Shown: positions 8,811 to 18,026 of the stretch, in pieces
Layout: the number at the start of each line of letters is the position of its first letter
How positions within the stretch are numbered: position 1 is the stretch's first letter
From: a virus
Taxonomy: Duplodnaviria; Caudoviricetes
Reading direction: 5' to 3' (one strand)
Length of the DNA: 43,081 nt
Virus record (IMG/VR): IMGVR_UViG_3300046057_000035
Location: 1-43,081 of that record
Program-made: the position numbers and the translations under genes
Notes under the pieces: generated by a model
Told to the model about the DNA's origin: nothing
The model's database searches: none
The model's input: the letters and a program-made list of their open reading frames with translations, nothing else

Positions 8811-9689
8811 TCAAGGCTGCACCGCTTGAATGCGGGTCCGACAATGCCCGTGGAACGGCGGCAGAAGGACGCCGCGCTCGGCGAGCTCCTCCGCGGAGAG
8901 CGCCCTGATGGAGTCCGCCTCGGGCCACGGGCTGATCTCCTTGATCGCTTTCGGGTCGCCAGATTCGACGAGCCGCTCGCGGTGGGCGACGGCATCGGCG
9001 ACCTTGAACAGCTTTCCGTCCAGGTGGCGGCAAACGTCGGAGGTGCGCCGGTCTAAAATCGCGTCAATGCGGTACTCCTCAATCCCTGCTTGGACCATCC
9101 CCTCCACCCGGCCAAACTCCCTGGACTTGGTGGTCACGTCGTTGGCGAGAAGCTCCCAGTAGCTCTGAGACTTTTGAAACTGGACGGAGAACGTGTTTTG
9201 AAATTCCTGCGCGGCCTTGCGGCGGCCTAATGCGCCGCCTTCGTTTTCGAACACGCGCTTGGCGGCCGCGCGAAGGCGCCCCTGCACCTCTTGGTCGTAG
9301 TGGTTCCCAATCCAGAACGTCGCGTTGTCGCCGAGAAAATTTTGAAGGCGCCGGTCCTTGGCATTTATGCTCGCGGCCGCCCTCGCGGAGATGTTTTCCT
9401 CGCCGATCGCGTAGGCCGCGTCGACCGCCTGCACGACCCCATCGCGCACCGCCGAGCGAAGGCGAGACCGCAGAAAGGGTCGCATCTGCCCGACCGCCTG
9501 CTCGATAACGTCCGGAGAGACCGGCCCGCTTCCCGACTCGATCGTCTCGACGACCGAGCGCAGCCCCTGCTGCGTTTGCGCTTCCCACTCCCCCCGGAGC
9601 AGGCGCTCGAGCAAGGCCGCCACCTCTTCGGTGCGGGCCTGCTCGGTCCCAGCGGCGATGGCGCGAAGCTCGTCGAGAACCTCAGCCAC
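8811..9689 (-). CDS. Minor head protein (Mu gpF / SPP1 gp7 family)
   Basis: AILDRRTSDVCRHLDGK and LPPFHGHCRT motifs; follows portal. Confidence 0.85.
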   Translation of the reverse strand: MAEVLDELRAIAAGTEQARTEEVAALLERLLRGEWEAQTQQGLRSVVETIESGSGPVSPDVIEQAVGQMRPFLRSRLRSAVRDGVVQAVDAAYAIGEENISARAAASINAKDRRLQNFLGDNATFWIGNHYDQEVQGRLRAAAKRVFENEGGALGRRKAAQEFQNTFSVQFQKSQSYWELLANDVTTKSREFGRVEGMVQAGIEEYRIDAILDRRTSDVCRHLDGKLFKVADAVAHRERLVESGDPKAIKEISPWPEADSIRALSAEELAERGVLLPPFHGHCRTRIQAVQP

Positions 9690-9705
9690 GGCTTTTCACC
9701 TGATG

Positions 9706-11304
9706 TCACTGTTCATTTGGAGGCGATGTTTGCGCTTGCTGCACCCGGTTTCGGAGGTTCGCAATGCGCCGGTCCGACGGCCGGCTGCCAGAGGAGGGCC
9801 GCCCGCCGGAGACCGTGATGGCGGCTTCGAGCCCCGCCTCGTCCTCCTCGGGGATGCCTTGGAGCCTTGCAATTTCCATCGCCGCCTCTTTTTTCGTCGC
9901 GTCCGACGCGGGGACCGACCCGGTCGGAAAGTACAGGTCCTTTAGGCTCATCGCCTCCGCGTCGGCGTCGAGCGGCGCGTAATCGGTGCTTCGCTCGACG
10001 CTCGGAACCGGCCACTGCTCGGGGCTGGTCGGGCTGGCGATCTGGGCGAGCCGCCACAGCACGGCGTTCTCAAACTCGTCGGCGCGGTCGGAGAGGTGCA
10101 CCAAAAACGCCTGCCGGCCGCGCTGGTCCTTCTGTTGGATTTCGGTGGCCGTCTTCTCGCGGGCCTCGTCCTCCAGCTGCTGAAAGGCCGTGTCGTACAT
10201 TTCTTGCACCTCGCTCCGGTACTGATCGTAGGCGTGTTCAATCGCCGCGTAGTCCGGCACGAGCCAGCTTGCGGACTCTGCGCGGATCAGGTTTGCGCCC
10301 GCTTGAAGGGCGTTGACCGTATCCTTGTACGCTTGGTCGTCCGCCTGCACGTGCAGCTTCGGGTGCGCCGCGAGGCGAAGCATCATGCGGATGTCGCTCA
10401 GCTGATTGAAAAGATACTCCTGGTCTTCTGCGATATTCTCCGGGATGTCGCGATCGAAGCCGAGGTCGACGTACCCGACCGGAAGGATGCGGCGCTCCCG
10501 AGCGGTGGTCTCGTAGAACGGCGTCTCCCACGACTGCATCCCGCCGATCGGCTCTCCATCGTCGTCGTAGCGGCGGTACCCATCTAAGCTGTAGTGCACG
10601 TATTGGGTCGTCGTCTCGTGGTCGTCTTCGATCGAGTCGCGCGCGTCGACCGCCTCGGTCACGACCACGTCCGTCAGGCGCCCGTCCTGGTGGATCCAGT
10701 TGGTGACGCTCTCAGGATCGAGCAAGATTACGCGCGGCTCCGGCTGCGCCTCCGTCGGCCCATCGACTAAGTACCAGAGCCTCCGGTACAGGAAGATCTG
10801 CTTTAGGGCCTGGGCTTGCAGTGACGACCACGTCGTCTCCTTTCCGTCGGCGTTCGTTTTGAGGTGCGCAGCCGTCGAGCCGGTCTCCTCCGGGTTCCCG
10901 AGCGGCCCCTCGCCGGTCTCCGGGTCGACCCACCGATTTTCTTTGTAGCCGGCAAGCTGCACGGCGCCGACGTGCCGGTCGACGATCTGCGCGAAGTGGG
11001 GGGGAAACTTGCTGATGCGGGCGCGCTCCCCGAAGGCATCGGGGTTTTCGCCCTGGGCCCGGCGGAAAAGATACTTCCCCAGGTCGGGGCGTCGGTGGCG
11101 CCGCTTTGGCTGAAAGCGGCCCTGCTTGCCCCCGAGCTCAAGGCCCTCCTCCCGCGCGATGCGCTGGGCCCGGTCGCGCGCCTTGCGCAGGGCCGCGCCC
11201 GAATACAGATCGCGCACGTACTCGTCGCGAGCGAGGGAGTCGCCCTGCCCCTCGCGGCGCATCGGCTTGTGATCGGGGTGTTTTTGCGTGACCCAGTCGG
11301 GCAT
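9706..11304 (-). CDS. Portal protein
   Basis: 532 aa directly after terL; size, position and KTATEI motif. Confidence 0.85.
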   Translation of the reverse strand: MPDWVTQKHPDHKPMRREGQGDSLARDEYVRDLYSGAALRKARDRAQRIAREEGLELGGKQGRFQPKRRHRRPDLGKYLFRRAQGENPDAFGERARISKFPPHFAQIVDRHVGAVQLAGYKENRWVDPETGEGPLGNPEETGSTAAHLKTNADGKETTWSSLQAQALKQIFLYRRLWYLVDGPTEAQPEPRVILLDPESVTNWIHQDGRLTDVVVTEAVDARDSIEDDHETTTQYVHYSLDGYRRYDDDGEPIGGMQSWETPFYETTARERRILPVGYVDLGFDRDIPENIAEDQEYLFNQLSDIRMMLRLAAHPKLHVQADDQAYKDTVNALQAGANLIRAESASWLVPDYAAIEHAYDQYRSEVQEMYDTAFQQLEDEAREKTATEIQQKDQRGRQAFLVHLSDRADEFENAVLWRLAQIASPTSPEQWPVPSVERSTDYAPLDADAEAMSLKDLYFPTGSVPASDATKKEAAMEIARLQGIPEEDEAGLEAAITVSGGRPSSGSRPSDRRIANLRNRVQQAQTSPPNEQ

Positions 11305-11347
11305 GTTGGCACCGGCGTTGCTGCGAAGAAAGCTGCTAAGCGGTATG

Positions 11348-12514
11348 CTACAAGGGGATGTTCGCCCCGCCGCCCGAGCGCCCCGTCGAGAGCATAAGCT
11401 CAGTCAGGGCCCACACGAGGGCGTCGACGTGGTCAGCGCTCTCGTCGGTCTGTGGGTTCCAAGTCGTCATTTGGTCCTCCAGGGCGGGGTGCGCGCCGAC
11501 GTGCTCGACCTTGCCTTGCTCGTAGAGAGCCGCGACCGGCTCGGCGCGCTGCTGCTTCCCCCGGCTCGCGTTGACCATGGTCACCGGCACGTTCGCATCT
11601 GCCGTGCGCAGCGTCGACTCGACCATCTCGCCGCCGAAGTTTTTCTCGGCCACCACGCGGTCGGCCTCGTGTTGGCGGTAGGCGCTGACCACAGCCTCGG
11701 CCCATGCGTTGGGGCTTCCCTTCATGGAGTGGTCTCCGAGGACGTAGGCGCGCTCGCCCGCCGTGCCCACGGCGACAATTCCGACCTCATCGGGCCCGCC
11801 GCCTGCCGGATCGACGCCCACCGCGACGCGATCCATTTGCGGCGGGTCGCTTGTTCGCTGGATGTCTTGCCACGACCAGAGCGCCCCTTCGGCCTCGATA
11901 AACTCCCCCTCCATCTCTTGCCTGCGAAAGCGCTCGGTGTACTGCTCGCGCAGGCTTTCAACGAAGTCGTCGGGGAGATGCGGATTTTCGGTCGTGCGGG
12001 CCCGGATCGTCTCGTGATCCTCGCCCGCCCTATCGATAAAACGGTCGTAGACCCAGTTGTGGCCTTTCGGCGTCGTGGTGAGCCACGCCCGCCCCGGATC
12101 GAGGCGAAGGCGCCCCAAGAGGATATCCCACGTCTCTTCGGAGACCTGCGCCGCCTCGTCGATCCACGCCCACCCGAGGTTAAGCCCGCGCAGGCGCTCG
12201 GGCTTGTCCGCCGACCGGAAAAGCACGCGGCTGCCGTTCGCCATGTCGGCGTAGAAGTCCGCCTTGTTGAGCGACTCCGTGCCGCCTTGAGCCAGCTCGC
12301 GGAAGGTCGGGAGCACCACGTCCTTGAGCATCGGGTACGTTGGGGCGACTACGCACCCCCGTTTTGCGCGTTGACACGCCACGAGCGATGCGAGGACGCC
12401 GGAGTAGGTTTTGCCGGCGCCGACACCCGCGATAAAGGCGCGGTATCGGACCGTAGACCGCAGGAAACGGTATTGCGGCGCAGTGGCCTGTATATTTAAC
12501 TCAGTCGTCGCCAT
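11348..12514 (-). CDS. terL: Terminase large subunit
   Basis: Walker A AGVGAGKT, Walker B WAWIDEAA, coupling motif TTTP, nuclease GVDPAG...DHVDAL. Confidence 0.95.
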   Translation of the reverse strand: MATTELNIQATAPQYRFLRSTVRYRAFIAGVGAGKTYSGVLASLVACQRAKRGCVVAPTYPMLKDVVLPTFRELAQGGTESLNKADFYADMANGSRVLFRSADKPERLRGLNLGWAWIDEAAQVSEETWDILLGRLRLDPGRAWLTTTPKGHNWVYDRFIDRAGEDHETIRARTTENPHLPDDFVESLREQYTERFRRQEMEGEFIEAEGALWSWQDIQRTSDPPQMDRVAVGVDPAGGGPDEVGIVAVGTAGERAYVLGDHSMKGSPNAWAEAVVSAYRQHEADRVVAEKNFGGEMVESTLRTADANVPVTMVNASRGKQQRAEPVAALYEQGKVEHVGAHPALEDQMTTWNPQTDESADHVDALVWALTELMLSTGRSGGGANIPL

Positions 12515-12860
12515 CGGGCGGTTGGATGTTGACGGTAAAGCCGTCGGTGCTGTGCTCCTGCTCAGTCTTCTTATCGCTCCAGTCGTCCGGGTGGTAGTTG
12601 CGCATCACGTCCATCAGCGCCTTGTAGTGGTCCGCGTGCTCGCGGTCCTCGATGAGGCGAGCGTGGTACGCCTCCGCCTTCACCGCAAGGTTTAAGCGCG
12701 CCTCCTCAAGGGTCGTCTGGACGGTGACGTATTTGTCGGCGTAGCGGTAGATGAGGGCGGGGGAGCAGTCCAGTACGCGGGCCGCCTGTGCCACGACACC
12801 ACCGCTTTGGCGGATCGCGTCTCGCACTTCTTTGGCTGTATACTTTTCAGGGCGTCCCAT
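12501..12860 (-). CDS. terS: Terminase small subunit
   Basis: MGRPEKY start, HTH (VAQAARVLDCSPALIYRY), overlaps terL start. Confidence 0.8.
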   Translation of the reverse strand: MGRPEKYTAKEVRDAIRQSGGVVAQAARVLDCSPALIYRYADKYVTVQTTLEEARLNLAVKAEAYHARLIEDREHADHYKALMDVMRNYHPDDWSDKKTEQEHSTDGFTVNIQPPDGDD

Positions 12861-12869
12861 GTGCGTGCG

Positions 12870-13290
12870 TGTAGGGGCATATCAAAACCATTTCGACTCT
12901 GTTGATATTCGCTTCAAAATAGCTTGTCTCATTTTCTCTCATAAAGCTATATTTTGGTGCTGAGAGCCTCGTCCGGCCCGTAGTATATTGGTATTTGCGT
13001 TTAGAGAACGCCCTTCCGTCGTTTGGTGTCTACAAGGCGGTTCTCCCTTCTAAAAAGCGTTCTCCAAACGCAAGTGGTCACTGAACCGAAGGCATTGATC
13101 ACTCTTCTGAGAGTCTGTCGAGCACCCCAGCCCTCTATAAGCAGGTATTTTTCGCGGTCGCCTACTTTTGCCTTTCCAAGGGGGTACACCCACCCTAAGC
13201 AGCCCTCTAAGACGGAAGGAGGTCGCCGTTGCCTCACGCCTGCAAAATTTGCTTTCGGTTCACTCCCGGCAGTGAAAGCGCCTAAGACGC
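12870..13290 (-). ncRNA. Candidate structured RNA / long leader upstream of terS
   Basis: 22-bp stem 12995-13016/13052-13073 whose four mismatches are all G-U on the minus strand, nested in a further stem (12956-12970/13109-13126), plus several flanking hairpins; ends approximate. Confidence 0.5.
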
Positions 13291-13336
13291 ATGAGTATAA
13301 GTACTGTAATAGACTAAGCACCAATTCTTTCTGCCG

Positions 13337-13774
13337 ATGGACCACGTAGCTTTTATTCGCCCTCGCCCCCTTGACGCCCTCCTCTCCGGAGAAAAGGAGT
13401 GGGAGGTGCGCCTGAGCAAGCGTCAGACCCCAATTCAACAGGTCTCTGCCGGAGATCGCTGTCTCATTAAGCGCTCGGGCCACGGCGTAGAGCGCGCCGG
13501 GCGCGTCGCCGAAGCAGCCACGTTCAGAAACCTCGCCCACGAAGATATTAAGGCCCTTCAGCGAGCGTTTGGCAGCGGCCTCGACTTTGAAACCGAATAT
13601 TGGCAAAAGCACGCTCATGCAAACTGTGTGGTGCTGATTCAATTTGGCGAATTTGTGCCCGCGTCTCTTCCCGACAAGTACACGCCGAAGGGAGTCCAGC
13701 TCGGATGGGTCGCTAGGTTTTCTCATTTCGAGAAGGCTCAGCTCAAGAGCCCAAATGCCTCGGCCTCCTCATAA
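13337..13774 (+). CDS. ASCH/PUA-like domain protein
   Basis: LDALLSGEKEWEVR...VSAGDRCLIK is the ASCH GxKxxExR signature. Confidence 0.8.
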   Translation: MDHVAFIRPRPLDALLSGEKEWEVRLSKRQTPIQQVSAGDRCLIKRSGHGVERAGRVAEAATFRNLAHEDIKALQRAFGSGLDFETEYWQKHAHANCVVLIQFGEFVPASLPDKYTPKGVQLGWVARFSHFEKAQLKSPNASASS

Positions 13775-14844
13775 TTCGGCTCGCCTTTAAATTCAAAACC
13801 GGCTGTGATTCGGCTGGTGGCTTTCGTCTTTTCTAAGTCATGCCCTGAATCACTGGGTTTACTTCTGCTTGGTGGTCTCGTCATATCCCACTTCTTAGAC
13901 TTTGCGAAAGAGTGGACCATCGCAGGGTGTGACGTTGTGATCGAAACCGGCTCCTTTTTTGCTCGAAAGAGAGAACAAACGTATTCGGTGGCGGCATTGC
14001 CGATTCCAATTCCCTGATACGAGGGTCGACACACGACCCGCGATACCCGCCACGACGGCTTATATGGGTGGGGGAAGTACTGCACGGCGACGAGAACGGC
14101 GGGCTCCTCACTTACGAACCCGCAGAAGAAAAAACAAGTCGGGCTCACGGAGTGGCTCAGATAGTGATGCTCGCGGAATAGTCGCCACGCGTCTTTATGT
14201 ACTCGCCGAACCCGGACTTTAACTTCTGGCCGTTGAAGACAATCCCGCGCAAGACGGGCGGTGTGCGGCTCATAGACCCAATCGGGCTCTAGCCAGTCTA
14301 CTACGTCGTAGTGACACGTCACGCCGACAAATTTCTGATCGCGTCGGCGCACCGTCTTTTGCACGGCGTTCGCCCCAATCTTTGCGACGGTCCGGTCAAT
14401 GACGCTGGTGAACTCGTCAATCACGCACAGGTCTTGCTTTTCAGCTAGCGCCCGCGCGATCATGGCTCGGAACTGCTCCCCCATAGAGAGGACGCCATAC
14501 GGGCGCAGCCACGTCGGCGGAGAGCTAAAGCCCACGCTTGATAGGAGCATCGTAATGTCTTTTAAACTCATCACCTCCGGGAACGCATCTACCAAACTCT
14601 TTTCCTCGGGCCAACCGAAGCCATCTACGACCGCATCGCCGAAGATCTCGTGTGCCACGGTCGTTTTTCCCGTGCCCGACGGGCCGACAATTAGCCCCAC
14701 GTTCCACTCTTCGGGAAGGTCTAGCTCTACGTCCCATTCTTCCCGAGAGCCCTGCTCCGGCTGTAGGTCAAACATCCCGCAAAGCTGCTTTACGCGGGGC
14801 GTCTCCTCAATATGTGACTCCCTTACAATATGAGCGCTTCGCAT
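13738..14844 (-). CDS. ABC-type ATPase fused to GNAT (Mom-like) acyltransferase
   Basis: Walker A GPSGTGKT, signature LSMGE, Walker B VIDEF; C-terminal FREHHYL...RVSRVVCRPSYQGIGIG acetyl-CoA motif. Confidence 0.85.
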   Translation of the reverse strand: MRSAHIVRESHIEETPRVKQLCGMFDLQPEQGSREEWDVELDLPEEWNVGLIVGPSGTGKTTVAHEIFGDAVVDGFGWPEEKSLVDAFPEVMSLKDITMLLSSVGFSSPPTWLRPYGVLSMGEQFRAMIARALAEKQDLCVIDEFTSVIDRTVAKIGANAVQKTVRRRDQKFVGVTCHYDVVDWLEPDWVYEPHTARLARDCLQRPEVKVRVRRVHKDAWRLFREHHYLSHSVSPTCFFFCGFVSEEPAVLVAVQYFPHPYKPSWRVSRVVCRPSYQGIGIGNAATEYVCSLFRAKKEPVSITTSHPAMVHSFAKSKKWDMTRPPSRSKPSDSGHDLEKTKATSRITAGFEFKGEPNYEEAEAFGLLS

Positions 14845-15377
14845 TCGTATCCGTTAGATTCAAGCTGCTCTATGAGATCCTGCTGCTGAAACTCGTCCTC
14901 ACACTCTACGATCACCTTAAAGGTAGGCTCTAGCATGTCGCTTTGGTCTTCTGCCCCGACCTCCATTTCAAGATCATCTAACACCTCGTTTAGGTCTTCA
15001 CTAGAATACCCGGTGCCCGCAAACCCGTCCTCCGTCGTCTCCAGGCTTTCGAGAAGGTCCGCCAACGGCTCCGGCTCGCGCTCGGCTTTCTCTGCCGTGC
15101 GGTTGTCTGCCAAAAGGATACGCATTGCCGTTTCGTCGTCACATTCGACGCGCTCTATGGGCACCTCCGTGAGGCCCACGTCTTGGGCCGCGCGCCAGCG
15201 GTGCTCTCCGGCTAAGATCTTGCCGGTTGAGCCCCGCACGACGATCCGGCCGTAGAACCCGTTCTGTCGGATGCTTTCGGCAATCGCCGCCACGTCCCCG
15301 TCATTCGGGTTCGCCGGGTGCGCCTCGATTCGGTCGATGTGCACCCGCTCTTCGGTGTGGTTGATGATCTCAGGCAT
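14823..15377 (-). CDS. ParB/Srx-like domain protein
   Basis: HPANPN, IAESIRQNGF, ILAGEHRWRAA, ADNRTAE. Confidence 0.85.
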   Translation of the reverse strand: MPEIINHTEERVHIDRIEAHPANPNDGDVAAIAESIRQNGFYGRIVVRGSTGKILAGEHRWRAAQDVGLTEVPIERVECDDETAMRILLADNRTAEKAEREPEPLADLLESLETTEDGFAGTGYSSEDLNEVLDDLEMEVGAEDQSDMLEPTFKVIVECEDEFQQQDLIEQLESNGYECEALIL

Positions 15378-15425
15378 GGCAGTTGGAGCAACGCGTTATC
15401 CCTCTCTTAAAGCACCGTATCGGTT

Positions 15426-15833
15426 TTAAAGGACACTCTCGGTCTGATACACCTGAAGCCCCGCGTCTGAGAGCGCAAGCGCCTGCAGGTCCCCGGTGCC
15501 GACCAGAGTCTCCGTCACCTCCGACCCGTTCCAGCCCAGGCGATGGACCGCCCCCTCGCCGTACGGGTCGTCGCAGGCGTAGATGTCGAGCAACGGAGGG
15601 CTTTTCAGCCGGTCCAGCACCAGGTCTACGTCGATGGGCGTGCCGGTGAAGCTTGGATGATCCGCCAAGGTATTTGCCGCCCTATGCGTGATCGTGGCTC
15701 CAGAGTCGGCGCTCAGGGGTTGCCCGGACGAGAAGGTGGTGGAGCCGTCATACGGGTCCCATTGGGCGGCAAAATCGTCTGCGTCTTCTGCGACAGCCGA
15801 GTCTGCAATCACATACAGCCTGGGGTGGGGCAT
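15426..15833 (-). CDS. Hypothetical protein
   Basis: Acidic 135-aa ORF, 1-nt stop/start overlap with upstream gene. Confidence 0.7.
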   Translation of the reverse strand: MPHPRLYVIADSAVAEDADDFAAQWDPYDGSTTFSSGQPLSADSGATITHRAANTLADHPSFTGTPIDVDLVLDRLKSPPLLDIYACDDPYGEGAVHRLGWNGSEVTETLVGTGDLQALALSDAGLQVYQTESVL

Positions 15834-16639
15834 TACAAGGAGTACCAGTCTTGAATATGACTTCGTATCTTCGATCTTTGACTGCTTGACAGTTTTGAAT
15901 CTAAAATAACCCCTCCATTTATCAATCCTTCCCAGTGGTTTCCTCCTCTTTGGCTTCCTATCGTCATATCTTCCAACGTTCCGGTTCCAGCGTTACCTTG
16001 AGCGACCGATGTCCCATCAATGATAATTTCAGAATTTCCGCCATCGAAAACTGCTTCAAATACGTGATCATTTTGGTCGGCTTGACCGTCAGTTAATTTG
16101 TTATAATCCCATATACTCCAATCTGATGATTTAGTTCTTACTATCTGCCTTGTACTGTTTTTATTATTGCTATTTCCGTCTACAATATGTTCTGTAGCTG
16201 GTGATACATTTAGTGATGCGACCCAAAAATGAGTTGCAGGCGTTGTAGTAAAGTTATTGTTGCTTATCATTTGATCACCACTCCCGTCAAAATTCGCTCC
16301 CCACCGCCCCCCAATCGAGTTTTTATCGAGCGTCGGCTGATCGGCGGTTGTGGTTTGAATGGCGTCGTGCTCATTGCCAGAGGCGTCAAATAGCGTCGGA
16401 ATCGAGCCGGAGTTGATCTCGACGGCAGACGCGGACACGAAAAGAACCAGATCCGACAGGCCCACGCCGGAGAAGCCCTTGACCGTGCGCACGATCGGGT
16501 CGTACAGGTCTTCTAAGGAGCCGTCCTCGATAGAGCCGTTTTCGCCCTTCACGCGGTCGCGGAAGGTCTCGGTCTCCTGAAGCAGCCCCCCGGCAAAGCG
16601 CGGCCATCCTCGGGACAGAAAGGAAGAGTGCTCTGGCAT
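15833..16639 (-). CDS. LamG/concanavalin-like jelly-roll protein, putative virion fibre/adhesin
   Basis: DASGNEHDAIQ...QPTL...FDGSGD...IIIDGT...IGSQ...WEGLI...LS pattern. Confidence 0.7.
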   Translation of the reverse strand: MPEHSSFLSRGWPRFAGGLLQETETFRDRVKGENGSIEDGSLEDLYDPIVRTVKGFSGVGLSDLVLFVSASAVEINSGSIPTLFDASGNEHDAIQTTTADQPTLDKNSIGGRWGANFDGSGDQMISNNNFTTTPATHFWVASLNVSPATEHIVDGNSNNKNSTRQIVRTKSSDWSIWDYNKLTDGQADQNDHVFEAVFDGGNSEIIIDGTSVAQGNAGTGTLEDMTIGSQRGGNHWEGLINGGVILDSKLSSSQRSKIRSHIQDWYSL

Positions 16640-16671
16640 ATCCTGAAGCAGGCGTTAGGCGAAGGAGTGAA

Positions 16672-16980
16672 TCACCCTCGCACCGCTCGCACGGCGCCGC
16701 TTTGAAGCTGGATTTTATCTAAAAGCCCCTCGACCCAGTAGTCGCCGACCGCCTCGCCGGCCTGCGGGTCGTCCCCATCGATCGCCTCCGAGCCGCTGTC
16801 AAACGCAGACGTCCCGTCGAGGTCCTTGATCACAACCCAAAAATCCACATCCGGATGGTAGGTGTTGTTCGCATCATCCGTCCCAGACCCGGCGTGATGG
16901 GTCTTCGTGTCGTTGATGTAGTCGGACCCTTTCGATCCGAGAGATATCGATTCTCCGTAGCTTCCGAGTAGCGTGCTCAT
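16672..16980 (-). CDS. Hypothetical protein, possibly virion accessory, 102 aa
   Basis: Internal ATG (MSTLLGSYGE...); acidic, ends KIQLQSGAVRAVRG. Confidence 0.65.
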   Translation of the reverse strand: MSTLLGSYGESISLGSKGSDYINDTKTHHAGSGTDDANNTYHPDVDFWVVIKDLDGTSAFDSGSEAIDGDDPQAGEAVGDYWVEGLLDKIQLQSGAVRAVRG

Positions 16981-16997
16981 GGTTACAGATGCAGTCG

Positions 16998-17627
16998 TCA
17001 AATGAGAAAAAGCGCAATGGCCACCGAGAGGGCCCCGCCGAGGTGCCAGGCGCCATGCGCGGGGTGGTCCGGCTGCCCGCCCCCTACCCACTGGTCTACC
17101 GCGATGCCTGCTGCCACAGGAACGGGAGCGACCAACCCGATCCACCCGGCCTGCCACGCGAGCAAGCCGATCGCCAGCGCGGCCCACACAGGACCGTGGA
17201 CGTGACTATCGATCTGCCACGTCCGGGCCGAGTAGGTCGCCGCGGCGACGGGGACAATGGTCCACACCTGCGCCGTCACGGGCGACAGAATTGCCGCATT
17301 GACGACCACGAGGTACGTCATGACGGCCGCCACGTCGGCCCGCTGCGCCCAGCGCGCGTACGTGGAGTGGTACGCGGCCGAGCACGCCGCGAGGGCCACG
17401 CCCGCCCCCCACACGATGGCAAAAGTCACCATGTCAGGCAGCGCTGCAAAGGCCGCGAGCGGATAAAACGCGTTGGACCACACCACGTCGTCGGTGGCGT
17501 CGCCCGTTCGGCCCGTGATGGCCCACCACACGCGATTCGCGGCCATCGGGAAGAAAAAACTGCTGAGCACGGCCGCCGCCGCAAGCGGCGCAACGAGCGC
17601 CATGAGTAACTTCGGGATCCAGATCAT
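16998..17627 (-). CDS. CREST-superfamily (alkaline ceramidase / hemolysin III-like) membrane hydrolase
   Basis: Multi-TM 209-aa protein with ordered motifs WSNAFY, SAAYH, QRADV, HGAWH matching SN, SxxxH, D, HxxWH. Confidence 0.75.
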   Translation of the reverse strand: MIWIPKLLMALVAPLAAAAVLSSFFFPMAANRVWWAITGRTGDATDDVVWSNAFYPLAAFAALPDMVTFAIVWGAGVALAACSAAYHSTYARWAQRADVAAVMTYLVVVNAAILSPVTAQVWTIVPVAAATYSARTWQIDSHVHGPVWAALAIGLLAWQAGWIGLVAPVPVAAGIAVDQWVGGGQPDHPAHGAWHLGGALSVAIALFLI

Positions 17628-17652
17628 AGCAAAGCTTCGGTTGATGCCTCCT

Positions 17653-18024
17653 TTAAGGTGAGGGCGTGTCCTGGGCGGTCTCGACGGCAAAATCGGTAAA
17701 TTGCTCGGGGTCGAGCGGCTTCATGTCGAGCCGCTCGCGCAATTCGTTGAGCCTCTCGACGAGGCGAGCAATCCGCTGCTTCATTACCTCGGACCGAAGT
17801 TCCTCCCGCCGGCGAGCGTGGCGCTCCTCCGCGAGGGCCTTTTCGTTCTCCTTGATCCGCTTACGCAAGCGCTTGGTCTCCTCTTGCAGCTTGTCAATTT
17901 GGCGGATCAAATCGTCCCGGAAGGCCGCCTGCGCGTCGGTCCTCAGCCCTGCGTAGTCTAAGACCCACTCTAGAACCTTCACCACGGCTCCTCCGGAAAG
18001 GGCAGCGATCACGTAGTTGGTCAC
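17653..18024 (-). CDS. Membrane-anchored coiled-coil lysis protein (holin- or spanin-like)
   Basis: N-terminal hydrophobic segment plus long coiled coil, directly after endolysin. Confidence 0.5.
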   Translation of the reverse strand: MTNYVIAALSGGAVVKVLEWVLDYAGLRTDAQAAFRDDLIRQIDKLQEETKRLRKRIKENEKALAEERHARRREELRSEVMKQRIARLVERLNELRERLDMKPLDPEQFTDFAVETAQDTPSP

Positions 18025-18026
18025 AC

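Noticed and set aside
224-12499. Long plus-strand ORFs opposite the structural genes (e.g. 224..1399, 11288..12499)
   Set aside because: Antisense shadows of high-GC genes; Arg/Leu/Val-rich with no motifs, while the minus-strand frames have clear phage motifs
13001-13726. 241-aa minus-strand ORF
   Set aside because: Overlaps the well-supported ASCH gene in antisense, is basic unlike the acidic proteome, and has no motifs
13738-14844. ABC transporter subunit
   Set aside because: No permease or substrate-binding gene nearby, and the ATPase is fused to a GNAT domain
14823-15377. ParABS plasmid partition system
   Set aside because: No ParA-type ATPase; the neighbouring ATPase is ABC-type and this ParB-like protein has no evident parS-binding HTH
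15833-16639. Diversity-generating retroelement target
   Set aside because: No reverse transcriptase and no template/variable repeat pair seen in the window
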